From Clostridia bacterium (GTDB lineage Bacteria; Bacillota; Clostridia; Christensenellales; CAG-138), in assembly GCA_030527115.1 (NCBI GenBank), contig JAUNBM010000005.1, positions 1 through 62,634 on the forward strand: a stretch of 62,634 nucleotides of DNA. The letters are read 5' to 3'. Positions 36,298-45,095 of this stretch are shown one piece after another; positions within the stretch are counted from its first letter, which is position 1; each line of letters begins with the position of its first letter. The notes below the pieces were generated by a model that had not been told where the DNA came from, did no database searches, and saw nothing but the letters and a program-made list of their open reading frames with translations. The position numbers were made by a program, and so were the translations under genes.

Positions 36298-37293
36298 ATG
36301 TATCTGCGAGATTTAGAGTATTTCATAGAGATTTGCACGGTTCGCAGTCTGACGAAGGCCGCGAAGAACGTGTATGCCACACAGCCCGCGATGTCCGCCG
36401 CCGTGAAGCGGCTCGAAACCGAATTGCAAGGCGAATTGCTGGTTCGCCAGCGAAAAAAGTTTGAGCTGACCGAGCTGGGCGAAATGCTGTATGAGGCGGC
36501 AAAGCGGATGGTTGCCGAAAGGGAGGAGATCTTCCTTCGCGCCGCCGATATAACCGATAACGCGAACCGAACCATCACCATCGGCATCACCGCCTCCTAT
36601 GGGCGCACCTTTCTGCCCTATGTTTACTCGGAGTTTCACCGGAAAAACCCACGGATTAAAACTCGTTTTGTCGTGTGCCATTGCGGCGATTTGAAGGACA
36701 AGCTGAACCAGGGCGAAATCGACGCGGCAATAATGTGGACTGCCTTGGACGACGATTCGTTTTCGCAAAAAGTTCTGTTCCATGAGCGGATGATTCTGGT
36801 GATGCGCATGGACGATCCGAATAACAAGCGTGGCTTCATACACGAGAAGTATAATAAGCCCTTCATCAACCTGTCCGATTTGAAAGACGCTCCCTTTTTG
36901 AGCTATTCCGGTGAGCGAACGGACTTGTGCGAGATAGTGAACGCCGTTTGCAAGGAGGCTAAATACGCACCAAATGTGCAGGGACGCTTTAACCAGTCGT
37001 CCATCATCCTCTCGATGGTTCTCTCCGGGCTGGGCGTTGGCTTGGTTCCGTGGAACAGCGCCGTCAACGGGGATATGCGCCTGATAAGCGACTCGCTTCG
37101 CGCCTACAATGTGTTTGGCGTAAAAGCTCAGCGCTGTTACATTTTCGCCTATAAGGAGGGCAAATACCTCTCCAAAAGCGTTTTGTCGTTGCAGGACGCC
37201 TGTTTGGCGTCGCATGAGCAGATAAACCTGCAAAGCGATGAGTTGCAGTTTTTCGCTAAGTGTGCGGAAGAAAATCCGGGCACGACGGATTAG
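36298..37293 (+). CDS. LysR-family transcriptional regulator
   Basis: N-terminal HTH LRDLEYFIEICTVRSLTKAAKNVYATQPAMSAAVKRLE with a LysR substrate-binding domain. It sits mid-operon on the same strand. Confidence 0.88.
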   Translation: MYLRDLEYFIEICTVRSLTKAAKNVYATQPAMSAAVKRLETELQGELLVRQRKKFELTELGEMLYEAAKRMVAEREEIFLRAADITDNANRTITIGITASYGRTFLPYVYSEFHRKNPRIKTRFVVCHCGDLKDKLNQGEIDAAIMWTALDDDSFSQKVLFHERMILVMRMDDPNNKRGFIHEKYNKPFINLSDLKDAPFLSYSGERTDLCEIVNAVCKEAKYAPNVQGRFNQSSIILSMVLSGLGVGLVPWNSAVNGDMRLISDSLRAYNVFGVKAQRCYIFAYKEGKYLSKSVLSLQDACLASHEQINLQSDELQFFAKCAEENPGTTD

Positions 37294-37317
37294 CCCGATG
37301 CGTCCGAAGGAGGTTTT

Positions 37318-38016
37318 ATGACAGGCGAACCCTTGAAAAGCGAAAAACTCCGACCTTCAAAAGCCCTGTTGGAGCGGTTTGCGGCGCACGATGTGGCAAA
37401 ATTGTCCGACTCGATGGGCAAATATGGCGCTTTGCGAAGCAACATTAAGCCCCTGTCCGACGCTATGCGCGTCTGCGGCCCCGCTTTGACCGTAAAAAGC
37501 ATGCCCGGCGACCCGTCGTGGGTCGATTTGATAGCTGAAGTTGCGCAGGCGGGCGATGTTGTAGTAGTTGCCGCCGATGAAATAGAGGACTTGATGATTG
37601 CTGATAAGGCGGTATGCGACAGGCTGAAAGCGCTCGGAATCGCCGGGCTCGTTGCCGACGGCGCGCTCGCGGACAAGCAGACCTTCATCGAAAAGGGGTT
37701 GCCGGCATTTGTAATATGTACGACGCAGAGACGCCTTTACAAGCAGGACGGCGCAACGGTAAACGAACCCATTTGCTGTTCCGGCATGATAGTCTGCCCA
37801 GGGGATTTGATTGTCGGGGATTCGGACGGGGTGGTCGTAGTTCCGGGCTATGATTTGGAGCGCGTGATAGAGCTGGCGGACAGGCAACTGCAAAAGGAAT
37901 TGCGCAACAGAAGCGTTCTGATGACGGGCGTTTCCCCGAGGGAGTACTACGGCTTTGAAGCCAAGATGGATAAATGGCGGGAAGCTTTACAGAATCAGGA
38001 GCGAAAGGGCTTATGA
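37318..38016 (+). CDS. RraA/HMG-aldolase-fold protein, paralogue 1 (catalytic motif degenerate)
   Basis: RraA-like layout (CGPALTVK ... GDVVVVAA ... GIAGLVADGALADKQ ... PGDLIVGDSDGVVVVP). The family DGxxRD motif reads DGALAD. 232 aa with a C-terminal helical extension. Confidence 0.8.
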   Translation: MTGEPLKSEKLRPSKALLERFAAHDVAKLSDSMGKYGALRSNIKPLSDAMRVCGPALTVKSMPGDPSWVDLIAEVAQAGDVVVVAADEIEDLMIADKAVCDRLKALGIAGLVADGALADKQTFIEKGLPAFVICTTQRRLYKQDGATVNEPICCSGMIVCPGDLIVGDSDGVVVVPGYDLERVIELADRQLQKELRNRSVLMTGVSPREYYGFEAKMDKWREALQNQERKGL

Positions 38017-38618
38017 ACAGGCACGCATTGCACGGGATAGTCCATGATGCGATTGAACGCCCGCCAACCGAAATAGTGGAGCGGTTCAAAGCATTTTCGG
38101 TTGCAACAATAGCAAGAGCCTGCCGTGGAAACGGTTTGATGCACCATGAAATAAAGCCGCTTAACCCAGGGATTAGGATCTGCGGCCCTGCCGTAACGCT
38201 GTTCGGGCGGCAAGGGGACGCAAATATGTATCAAGGCGTTCCTGACAGCCTGCGACCGGGGGACATTGTGATTGGTGACGCCGCAGGCGCAAAATCGCTG
38301 GCAGTTTGCGGAGAGCGGGTCGCCTATAATATCTGCCGCCTTTTCAAGGCCGGCGGCATGGTGATCGACGGAGCTATCAGGGATAAGGCCGGTATGGAGG
38401 AGGAAGGCGTGCCCATCTTCTATCGCGGGGTCGACCCAAAGCTATTCGGAGCGAGCGGCCCCGGCGCGATAAACGTTCCGGTTCAATGCGGGGGAGTGAT
38501 TGTTTATCCCGGCGACTTAATTATCGGGGACAGGGACGGGGTTATCGTCATAAAACGCGGCGAAATCCTAAAGGTTTTGGAAAAGGTGGACTGTGGAAGT
38601 GAACGATCGGGGGATTGA
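38013..38618 (+). CDS. RraA/HMG-aldolase-fold protein, paralogue 2 (motif intact)
   Basis: The start MNRHALHG overlaps the previous stop (ATGA). Motifs CGPAVTL, GDIVIGDAAG, GGMVIDGAIRDKAG and PGDLIIGDRDGVIVI. Confidence 0.85.
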   Translation: MNRHALHGIVHDAIERPPTEIVERFKAFSVATIARACRGNGLMHHEIKPLNPGIRICGPAVTLFGRQGDANMYQGVPDSLRPGDIVIGDAAGAKSLAVCGERVAYNICRLFKAGGMVIDGAIRDKAGMEEEGVPIFYRGVDPKLFGASGPGAINVPVQCGGVIVYPGDLIIGDRDGVIVIKRGEILKVLEKVDCGSERSGD

Positions 38619-38619
38619 C

Positions 38620-39120
38620 ATGGATTTTTGCAAACTTCGTCCATCCGAGATAGCGGAAGCGCTTGGCTATTACGGCGCTTTGGAAACGGATATAAGAGCG
38701 ATGACGGATGCAACTTTTATCTTCGGCGCGGCAAAGACGGCCTGGGGCTTGCCCGGGGATTTGTCCTATATCGAGCCCTTGCTTCCGACGGTAAGGAGGG
38801 GCGATATCGTTGTGATTGACGCGGGAGGTAAGCTGAATCTGTCGAGCCTGACAAACGAGATGATTGAAGCCTTCATTGCCGCCGGCGCGGGGGGAATTGT
38901 TTTAAACGGGAGTTTGTTTCAGCACGCGGCTTTTGAAATCCCGGTTTTTGCAAAGGGGGTGCATCCACGAACTGTTGGCAACGCGGGCCGCTGTCGAATC
39001 AACATTCCGGTAGTTTGCGGAGGCGTTGCCATCTGTCCCGGCGACTATATCATTGGTAACGGCGAGGGGTTGATATGCGTCAAGCCGGAGGAGATGAATT
39101 TGTTGGAGCGACTGCTCTAA
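38620..39120 (+). CDS. RraA-fold-like protein, paralogue 3 (short, motif lost)
   Basis: The start MDFCKL is 1 nt after the previous stop. It has the same fold landmarks (GDIVVIDAGG, PGDYIIG), but DGxxRD reads NGSLFQ and GDxDG reads GNGEG. Confidence 0.7.
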   Translation: MDFCKLRPSEIAEALGYYGALETDIRAMTDATFIFGAAKTAWGLPGDLSYIEPLLPTVRRGDIVVIDAGGKLNLSSLTNEMIEAFIAAGAGGIVLNGSLFQHAAFEIPVFAKGVHPRTVGNAGRCRINIPVVCGGVAICPGDYIIGNGEGLICVKPEEMNLLERLL

Positions 39121-39169
39121 AAAAGCTAAAGCGGTTTTAGTAACTCACAAAAGACAAGGAGAAATGGAA

Positions 39170-39964
39170 ATGAAGAAGACAAAACTGGCAGACATGACAT
39201 GGGTTGAGGTCAAGGAATTAGTCCAAGAACGGCACCCCGCCGTCATTGTACCGATTGGCACAAACGAAGCTCAGGGACTGCATATGCCCATGGGTTACGA
39301 TCATTTTGTTGCCGAAGCAATCTCGATTAAAGCGGCTGAGCGATGCAACGCGGTTGTCGCGCCTACGATTTGCTACGGATATTCCGAGCTGTTCAAGGAG
39401 TTTCCCGGCACATTGACGCTTCAACCGGAGACCTTACAAAACCTGATATACGACGTTACCGTGTCCTTGCTTCGCGCTGGATTTACGCATATCGTATTTA
39501 TGAACAATCATGACCCCAACACGCCGATACTCGGCTTCGCCATGCAACGCATCCGAAACGAGTTTGGCTATATCATGCCCGCTATCTGGCCGACCAGCCT
39601 TGCGCGCTATTTCGCCAAGCCCCTGTTTTCAAACGCCGACCGCATTCTGGTACACGGAAACGAGCCGGGAACCTCGCTGTGTATGGCGCTGTTCCCCGAA
39701 AAAGTGCGGCTCGATTTGGCTACGGAGACGCCGTCTTTAAAGACCTTTGGCGATATTCCGTTCGATCAGTTTTTAACCCTCGAACATGAGGGGCAGAAGG
39801 TTCAGAGCTTTACCCGGGCAAGCGATGTTTCGGAAACCGGAGCGCTCGGTTATCCCGACTCCTACGATCCCGAAATCGGTGCGCAGATTGTGGAGTCGAT
39901 GGTGAACTACACAGCTTCCTTTGTTGAAAGGTATCTGAAAACCGACAATAATCTTGGGGTATGA
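39170..39964 (+). CDS. creatininase-family (cyclic amidohydrolase / MftE-like) protein
   Basis: VPIGTNEAQGLHMPMGYD resembles the family E-x-H-G-x-H-L-P...D region with the first His replaced by Gln, and HGNEPGTS occurs later. The start is taken at the second ATG (AAGGAG 8 nt upstream); 39164 is an alternative. Confidence 0.78.
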   Translation: MKKTKLADMTWVEVKELVQERHPAVIVPIGTNEAQGLHMPMGYDHFVAEAISIKAAERCNAVVAPTICYGYSELFKEFPGTLTLQPETLQNLIYDVTVSLLRAGFTHIVFMNNHDPNTPILGFAMQRIRNEFGYIMPAIWPTSLARYFAKPLFSNADRILVHGNEPGTSLCMALFPEKVRLDLATETPSLKTFGDIPFDQFLTLEHEGQKVQSFTRASDVSETGALGYPDSYDPEIGAQIVESMVNYTASFVERYLKTDNNLGV

Positions 39965-39967
39965 ACC

Positions 39968-41170
39968 ATGCCAAACGAAGTTGAGCAAGCAATTCAAAAT
40001 GAAATCTCGCAGATTTTAAGCGAGATAATTTCCTTCCGCAGAAAGGTGCATTCCGCGCCCGAACTCTCTTTGCAGGAATGGGAAACTTCCCGTCTTATCC
40101 ATGAGACGCTTCAAAGCTTCGGGCTGATGGGGGAATACATTACGCCGGACAAGCGCGGAATCCGCTTGATAGTGGATGGGAATCTCCCCGGCGACACGAT
40201 TGTACTTCGCGCCGACATGGACGCTCTGCCGATGCAGGAGATAACGCAACTGCCGTTTTGCTCTAAGAACGCGGGTGTTATGCACGCTTGCGGGCATGAT
40301 ATGAATTCCGCATTCCTCATGGGCGCCGCAGTCGTTTTGTCCAGGATGCGCGAGAAGCTCCGGGGCCGCTTAGTCTTCCTTTTCCAATGCGCGGAGGAAA
40401 ACTTTTTGGGCGCAAAGGAGGCTATTGCCGCGGGCGTACTCGACGGGCTGAACCCCAGATATCTGTTTGCTTTTCACGGTAATCCGGGCTTTAAGGTTGG
40501 AACTATAGCTCTGCGTTGCGGTCAGGCGATGTCCGCCGGAGTAAAACTGCGCATCGTTGTTAAGGGTCAGGGTGGTCACGGCGGCTTCCCAAACTCGACC
40601 ACCGACCCGATTACCATTGCGGCGCAAATCGTGATGGGCTTGCAAACTCTCGCGGCGCGAAAGCACCATCCTTCCGACCCACTGGTTATCAGCATCTGCT
40701 CGATTCAAAGCGGAACCGTATTCAACGTTACCCCCGCCGACGCGGTTATGGAGGGCACGGTGCGCTATTTTAACGAGCGTCTCGGTGAACAACTGCCCGT
40801 GTGGATAAAAAGGCTTTGCGAGGGAACGGCTCAGGCCTACGGCGCTAATTGCGAGGTGGAATACGAGCTGATGTGCCCCGCGATGATTACCGGCGATGAG
40901 ATATTCAATTATGCCGACCGCGCCTTTAAAAAGGAATTCGGAAGCGAATGCGTATTCCATGCGCCCCAACCGGTTATGGGCTCGGAGGACTTTGCATGGT
41001 TTTCGCCGTTCGGGCAGGTTATGCAGGTGAGAATCGGAACTCAATTTGACGACCCCAGGAGCAAACTGCCTCTGCACAACAACGGGGTTGTGTTCAGCGA
41101 GGATGCAATTCCGATTGGAATCCGCGCCATATGCGCTTTAGCTTTTGAAAATGGCGAAGCATCACAATAA
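39968..41170 (+). CDS. M20-family amidohydrolase (N-acyl-amino-acid amidohydrolase type)
   Basis: Motifs LRADMDALPMQE, MHACGHDMNSA and CAEEN. Confidence 0.88.
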   Translation: MPNEVEQAIQNEISQILSEIISFRRKVHSAPELSLQEWETSRLIHETLQSFGLMGEYITPDKRGIRLIVDGNLPGDTIVLRADMDALPMQEITQLPFCSKNAGVMHACGHDMNSAFLMGAAVVLSRMREKLRGRLVFLFQCAEENFLGAKEAIAAGVLDGLNPRYLFAFHGNPGFKVGTIALRCGQAMSAGVKLRIVVKGQGGHGGFPNSTTDPITIAAQIVMGLQTLAARKHHPSDPLVISICSIQSGTVFNVTPADAVMEGTVRYFNERLGEQLPVWIKRLCEGTAQAYGANCEVEYELMCPAMITGDEIFNYADRAFKKEFGSECVFHAPQPVMGSEDFAWFSPFGQVMQVRIGTQFDDPRSKLPLHNNGVVFSEDAIPIGIRAICALAFENGEASQ

Positions 41171-41186
41171 AACTTTGGAGGGAAAG

Positions 41187-41885
41187 ATGAAATTAGGAAA
41201 TCGGTCTTTTGAACAATTTGAACGTGCGCCGAGGGCGCTGGTGGAACTGTTCCGTGGGATTCCAATTGCGAATATCGCGGACAACATGGGCAGAATCTCC
41301 TGCGTGGATCAGGGAATAAAGCCCATGAACAAGGAATGCCACATTTTGGGCGTTGCTTTTACGGTTAAGGAATGTGCGGGCGACAATCTTATGTTCCATA
41401 AGGCTCTTGATATGTTTCAACCCGGCGATGTGCTTGTGATTGACGGCAACGGCTGTATGGAGCGGTCGCAATGCGGGGAAATCATGAGTACCTATGCTTA
41501 CAAGCGCGGCTGTGCTGGCATAGTAATCGACGGCGTAATAAGGGATCTCGCCGGAATTCGTAAGCTCCCCCTCCCCATCTATGCCAGGGGCGTTCAGGCG
41601 AACGGCCCGTTTAAAAACGGCCCGGGCGAGATAGGCGTGCCCGTTCCCATCGGAGGAATCGTAATCTATCCCGGCGATATTATCGTGAGCGACGAGGACG
41701 GCCTTTTGGCAATTAGGCCACATGAGGCGGAGGAACTCGCAAAATTGGCGAGAGCCACCTTTGAATCGGAGACAAGGCTGTTGGAGCATATGCGCGAGAC
41801 CGGCGAATGGGACAGGAAAGTTTTTCGAGACGCGGTAACCAATTCCGGCGTTGAGATTATCGACGAAGCCTACCGTTATTGCTGA
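41187..41885 (+). CDS. RraA/HMG-aldolase-fold protein, paralogue 4 (motif intact)
   Basis: The start was trimmed to MKLGNRSF, with GGAGGG upstream. Motifs GVAFTVK, GDVLVIDGNG, GEIM, GIVIDGVIRDLAG and PGDIIVSDEDGLLAI. 232 aa with the same C-terminal extension as paralogue 1. Confidence 0.85.
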   Translation: MKLGNRSFEQFERAPRALVELFRGIPIANIADNMGRISCVDQGIKPMNKECHILGVAFTVKECAGDNLMFHKALDMFQPGDVLVIDGNGCMERSQCGEIMSTYAYKRGCAGIVIDGVIRDLAGIRKLPLPIYARGVQANGPFKNGPGEIGVPVPIGGIVIYPGDIIVSDEDGLLAIRPHEAEELAKLARATFESETRLLEHMRETGEWDRKVFRDAVTNSGVEIIDEAYRYC

Positions 41886-41894
41886 AAAGTCCAA

Positions 41895-41922
41895 CGGGGG
41901 GCGGCTTTCCCCCCGCTTTATC
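41895..41922 (+). terminator. possible terminator after the RraA block
   Basis: CGGGGGG-cggcttt-CCCCCCG (7 G:C pairs) followed by only a weak T-tract (CTTTAT). Confidence 0.4.
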
Positions 41923-41952
41923 CAAATAATCTACTGAATGGAGAGGGCATTG

Positions 41953-42381
41953 ATGTTAAAGGAAAGAGCGCGATACTATTATCTGGAGCAGGATTATAAT
42001 TGTGCGGAAGCGATAGCCCACGCCGCAAACGAAGTTTATGGGCTTGGGCTCTCAAAGGATAGCCTGAAGCTGATGAGCGGCTTCGGCGGCGGTATGTGCT
42101 GTGGAAAAACCTGCGGGGCTGTCTGCGCCGCGCTGGCCGTTATCAGCAGATGTGCGGTCTCTGAACGGGCGCACGCAACCTGCGGCTTTAAGGAGCTTTG
42201 TGCGGACTTCATTTTAAAATGCGAAAAGGGATTTGAATCCCTGGACTGCGCCATAATAAAGGACAGGAATGCTACGGAAGCGGAGCGGTGCTATAAGACG
42301 GTCGAATGCGTTATAGATTTGCTGGAAGCATATCGCGCCGAAACCTATTTCATCGCTGAAATTCCAAAAGGAGCGAAATAG
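41953..42381 (+). CDS. C_GCAxxG_C_C-family putative redox protein
   Basis: NCAEAIAHA near the N-terminus and GGGMCCGKTCGAVCAALAVI. The start was trimmed to the ATG with a GGAGAGGG RBS. Confidence 0.75.
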   Translation: MLKERARYYYLEQDYNCAEAIAHAANEVYGLGLSKDSLKLMSGFGGGMCCGKTCGAVCAALAVISRCAVSERAHATCGFKELCADFILKCEKGFESLDCAIIKDRNATEAERCYKTVECVIDLLEAYRAETYFIAEIPKGAK

Positions 42382-44081
42382 TGAAAGTCGTTATAATCGG
42401 CGGCGGTTCGGGCGGTGCATCCGCCGCCGCGCGCATTCGCCGTCTCGACGCTCAAGCCGAGATTGTCATGCTCGATAAGGGCGAGCATGTGTCCTATTCG
42501 AGCTGTGCCTTGCCCTACTATATCGGCGGGGATATTGAAGCCTCCGAGGATTTAATCCTTGTAACGCCCGAGCTTTTTTTAAAACGCTACCGCATTGACG
42601 CGCGCGTAAACAGCGAGGCGGTGGGCATTGACAGGCAGGGCAAGCGGGTAACCGTTCGCGAAACCAAAACGGGACGAACCTATGAGGAGTCCTACGACAA
42701 GCTTCTGCTCGCCACCGGCGCGAAGCCCGTGATTCCCAAAAGTATCAAGGGAATCGACTCGCCAAAGGTATTCACGGTTAGAAACGTAACCGATATCCGG
42801 AAATTGAAAGCCTTTGCGGATTCTAAGGAGGTTAAAAGCATCGCCGTTATCGGCGGAGGCTTCATTGGAATCGAAATTGCCGAGAATTTTAAAAAAGCGG
42901 GCAAGGAGGTGAGCCTGATCGAGGCTACCGGACAGATCCTCGCCCCTTATGATTATGATATGGTACAGCAACTCCAAAAGGAGCTGATGGATAACAACGT
43001 AAGACTGTATGTATCTTCCAAAGCGATGGAGATAACCGATAGCGGAGTTATCGTCGAAAGAAAAAACTCCGCCTTCCATGTTGCCGCCGACCTTGTAGTT
43101 CTGGCGGCAGGCGTTGCTCCGGATACAGCTTTGGCCGCCCAATGCGGACTGGAGCTAACCGAAAACCGTTCGATACGGATAGATTCGACCTGCCGAAGTA
43201 GCGACCCCGACATATATGCGGTGGGCGACGCCACGGCTACATACTTGCTTTTGGAACGCGGCTTCGGCAATATCGCGCTTGCCGGGCCCTCGCAAAAGCA
43301 GGCGCGGGTTGCCGCCGACAACATCGCCGGTCTGAACAGCGTCGACAGGGGGCATATCGTTAGTTCCTGCATCAGAGTTTTCGGTCTTAACGCCGCCTGC
43401 ACGGGCATGAACGAAAAAACCCTTGAACGCTTAAAGATTCCCTATGACTTCGCCTTTGTATTGCCGCCCGATAAGGTTGGGATTATGCCTGAGAGTCACT
43501 ATATGGCCTTTAAACTGCTGTTTGAAGTGCCGAGCGGAAGAATACTTGGGGCGCAGGCCATCGGTAAGGGCGAGGTTGTAAGACGCATCGACGTTATCGC
43601 GGCGATGCTGAGGCTCAATGGAACGCTCGACGATTTAAAGGAGCTGGATCTTAGCTATTCTCCGGTGTTCGGGACGGCAAAGGACGTTGTAAACATAGCC
43701 GCGCTGGTTGGGCTAAATCTGCTCCACGGCAGAATCGCGCAAGTTCATGTTTCCGCGGTGCGAAAGCTCGCGGAAAGCGGTGCGTTTATTTTGGACGTTC
43801 GCGAGCCGGGGGAGTATCGGCGCGGCCACATTAAAAACGCCGTCAATATTCCGCTCTCACAGCTTAAAGAACGGATGGACGAGATTCCAAAGGAGCGTCC
43901 GGTCTATCTCCATTGCCGAACCTCACAGCGGAGCTACTATGCTATCTGCGAACTGCAAGGGCGCGGCTATCGAAACGTTTGGAATATCAGCGGCTCTTTT
44001 TTAGGGCTTTCCCTGTTTGAATACTTTAACGACATTGACGGGGAGCGCGAGCCGATAGTGACCGCCTATAACTTTGATTAG
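42381..44081 (+). CDS. CoA-disulfide reductase / NADH-oxidase-family flavoprotein fused to a rhodanese domain
   Basis: GTG start with AAAGGAG upstream. FAD motif VVIIGGGSGGASAA, redox Cys in SYSSCALPYY, NAD motif AVIGGGFIGIE, GD motif YAVGDA, and a C-terminal rhodanese domain with active-site loop YLHCRTSQRS. Confidence 0.88.
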   Translation: MKVVIIGGGSGGASAAARIRRLDAQAEIVMLDKGEHVSYSSCALPYYIGGDIEASEDLILVTPELFLKRYRIDARVNSEAVGIDRQGKRVTVRETKTGRTYEESYDKLLLATGAKPVIPKSIKGIDSPKVFTVRNVTDIRKLKAFADSKEVKSIAVIGGGFIGIEIAENFKKAGKEVSLIEATGQILAPYDYDMVQQLQKELMDNNVRLYVSSKAMEITDSGVIVERKNSAFHVAADLVVLAAGVAPDTALAAQCGLELTENRSIRIDSTCRSSDPDIYAVGDATATYLLLERGFGNIALAGPSQKQARVAADNIAGLNSVDRGHIVSSCIRVFGLNAACTGMNEKTLERLKIPYDFAFVLPPDKVGIMPESHYMAFKLLFEVPSGRILGAQAIGKGEVVRRIDVIAAMLRLNGTLDDLKELDLSYSPVFGTAKDVVNIAALVGLNLLHGRIAQVHVSAVRKLAESGAFILDVREPGEYRRGHIKNAVNIPLSQLKERMDEIPKERPVYLHCRTSQRSYYAICELQGRGYRNVWNISGSFLGLSLFEYFNDIDGEREPIVTAYNFD

Positions 44082-44120
44082 CGAGGGCAGGTTAGGCGCT
44101 TTTCGGGCGCATTCGGGCTG

Positions 44121-44933
44121 TCATTTGGAGTTCTTTCTTTGGATTGCGTCGAAAAACATATACTGTTGCAACAACCCCGAATATTCCTTGTGCCCCTCAA
44201 AGGGATTCTGCCCGCCGAGGTCGTTTTCGATGGCGCGGGCTATCCAAACGTCGATGGGTGCAAGGCCCATCCTGCCGTAAGCGAACAGCGCGGTGCAGGA
44301 GGCGACCTTGTCCCCCACCCCCTCGAACTTCTTTAGCTCGTTTACAAGCTCCTCGTCCGAAAGCGCGTTGAGCGCATTTAAATCGAGACCCGCGCAAACC
44401 CTTATGGCAGCGTTTTTTACATATGACAGCCGGTAGCCGAGCCCGCACGCCGCTAAAACGCCGTCCGGGGCTTCAGCTATTCTTTCGGGCTTCGGAAAGA
44501 GATGCGTTTTTTCGCTATAAGTGCAAACCTCGCCCAAAGCGCGGCACAGCAGTTCCACCGCTTTTTTGATTGCCGGAATGCTCTTGCGCTGGGAGATGAT
44601 GAAGGTTATCAGCGTTTCAAAAGGTTCTTGGCGAAGAATCCTTATCCCCGTTCCTCCGCTTAGCACACGGGAAAAATAGTCGGTTTCGGAGGGAAAGCTC
44701 ATCCGCAATGAAGCGTAATTTCGACCGAGGTCGAAGTAAGCGCTCCAAAAACCTGCCCAATCGGAGTCCGAACAATCCACTTCAAAGCTGTCGTCACCAT
44801 TGCTCCGCATACAAAGCAGTTTGTCGCCGCTGATAAAGCGGTAGACCCCAGAATCGTCGCAAGTTGCGCGAAAACATTGTCCGCTGTTGATGATCTTCCA
44901 CAGATCTATTTCGTCCGATATTGTTACCCTCAT
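44121..44933 (-). CDS. ogg: 8-oxoguanine DNA glycosylase / AP lyase (OGG1-type HhH-GPD)
   Basis: Motifs SGQCFR, LRQEPFETLITFIISQRKSI, and HhH-GPD FEGVGDKVASC (catalytic Lys) with PIDVWI (Asp). The start is MRVTISDE; an upstream ATG at 44993 is possible. Confidence 0.8.
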   Translation of the reverse strand: MRVTISDEIDLWKIINSGQCFRATCDDSGVYRFISGDKLLCMRSNGDDSFEVDCSDSDWAGFWSAYFDLGRNYASLRMSFPSETDYFSRVLSGGTGIRILRQEPFETLITFIISQRKSIPAIKKAVELLCRALGEVCTYSEKTHLFPKPERIAEAPDGVLAACGLGYRLSYVKNAAIRVCAGLDLNALNALSDEELVNELKKFEGVGDKVASCTALFAYGRMGLAPIDVWIARAIENDLGGQNPFEGHKEYSGLLQQYMFFDAIQRKNSK

Positions 44934-45049
44934 AAGCCCCCGCTGTCCTTTTTTCTCAATTTTACCATGATTTTTGGAAAAAAGCCCGCTCATCCGTCAT
45001 TTTTTTTCAAAAGCTCCAAAATTTGCTTTCCAACGATAAATGAAACCGA

Positions 45050-45080
45050 TTAAAATCAGCGCCCCAAAAAGCGGGGCGCC
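45050..45080 (-). terminator. intrinsic terminator after the ABC exporter operon
   Basis: The minus strand reads GCGCCCC-gcttttt-GGGGCGC followed by TGATTTTA. It lies 16 nt after the stop at 45096. Confidence 0.6.
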
Positions 45081-45095
45081 GTATTCCATAGTCTA

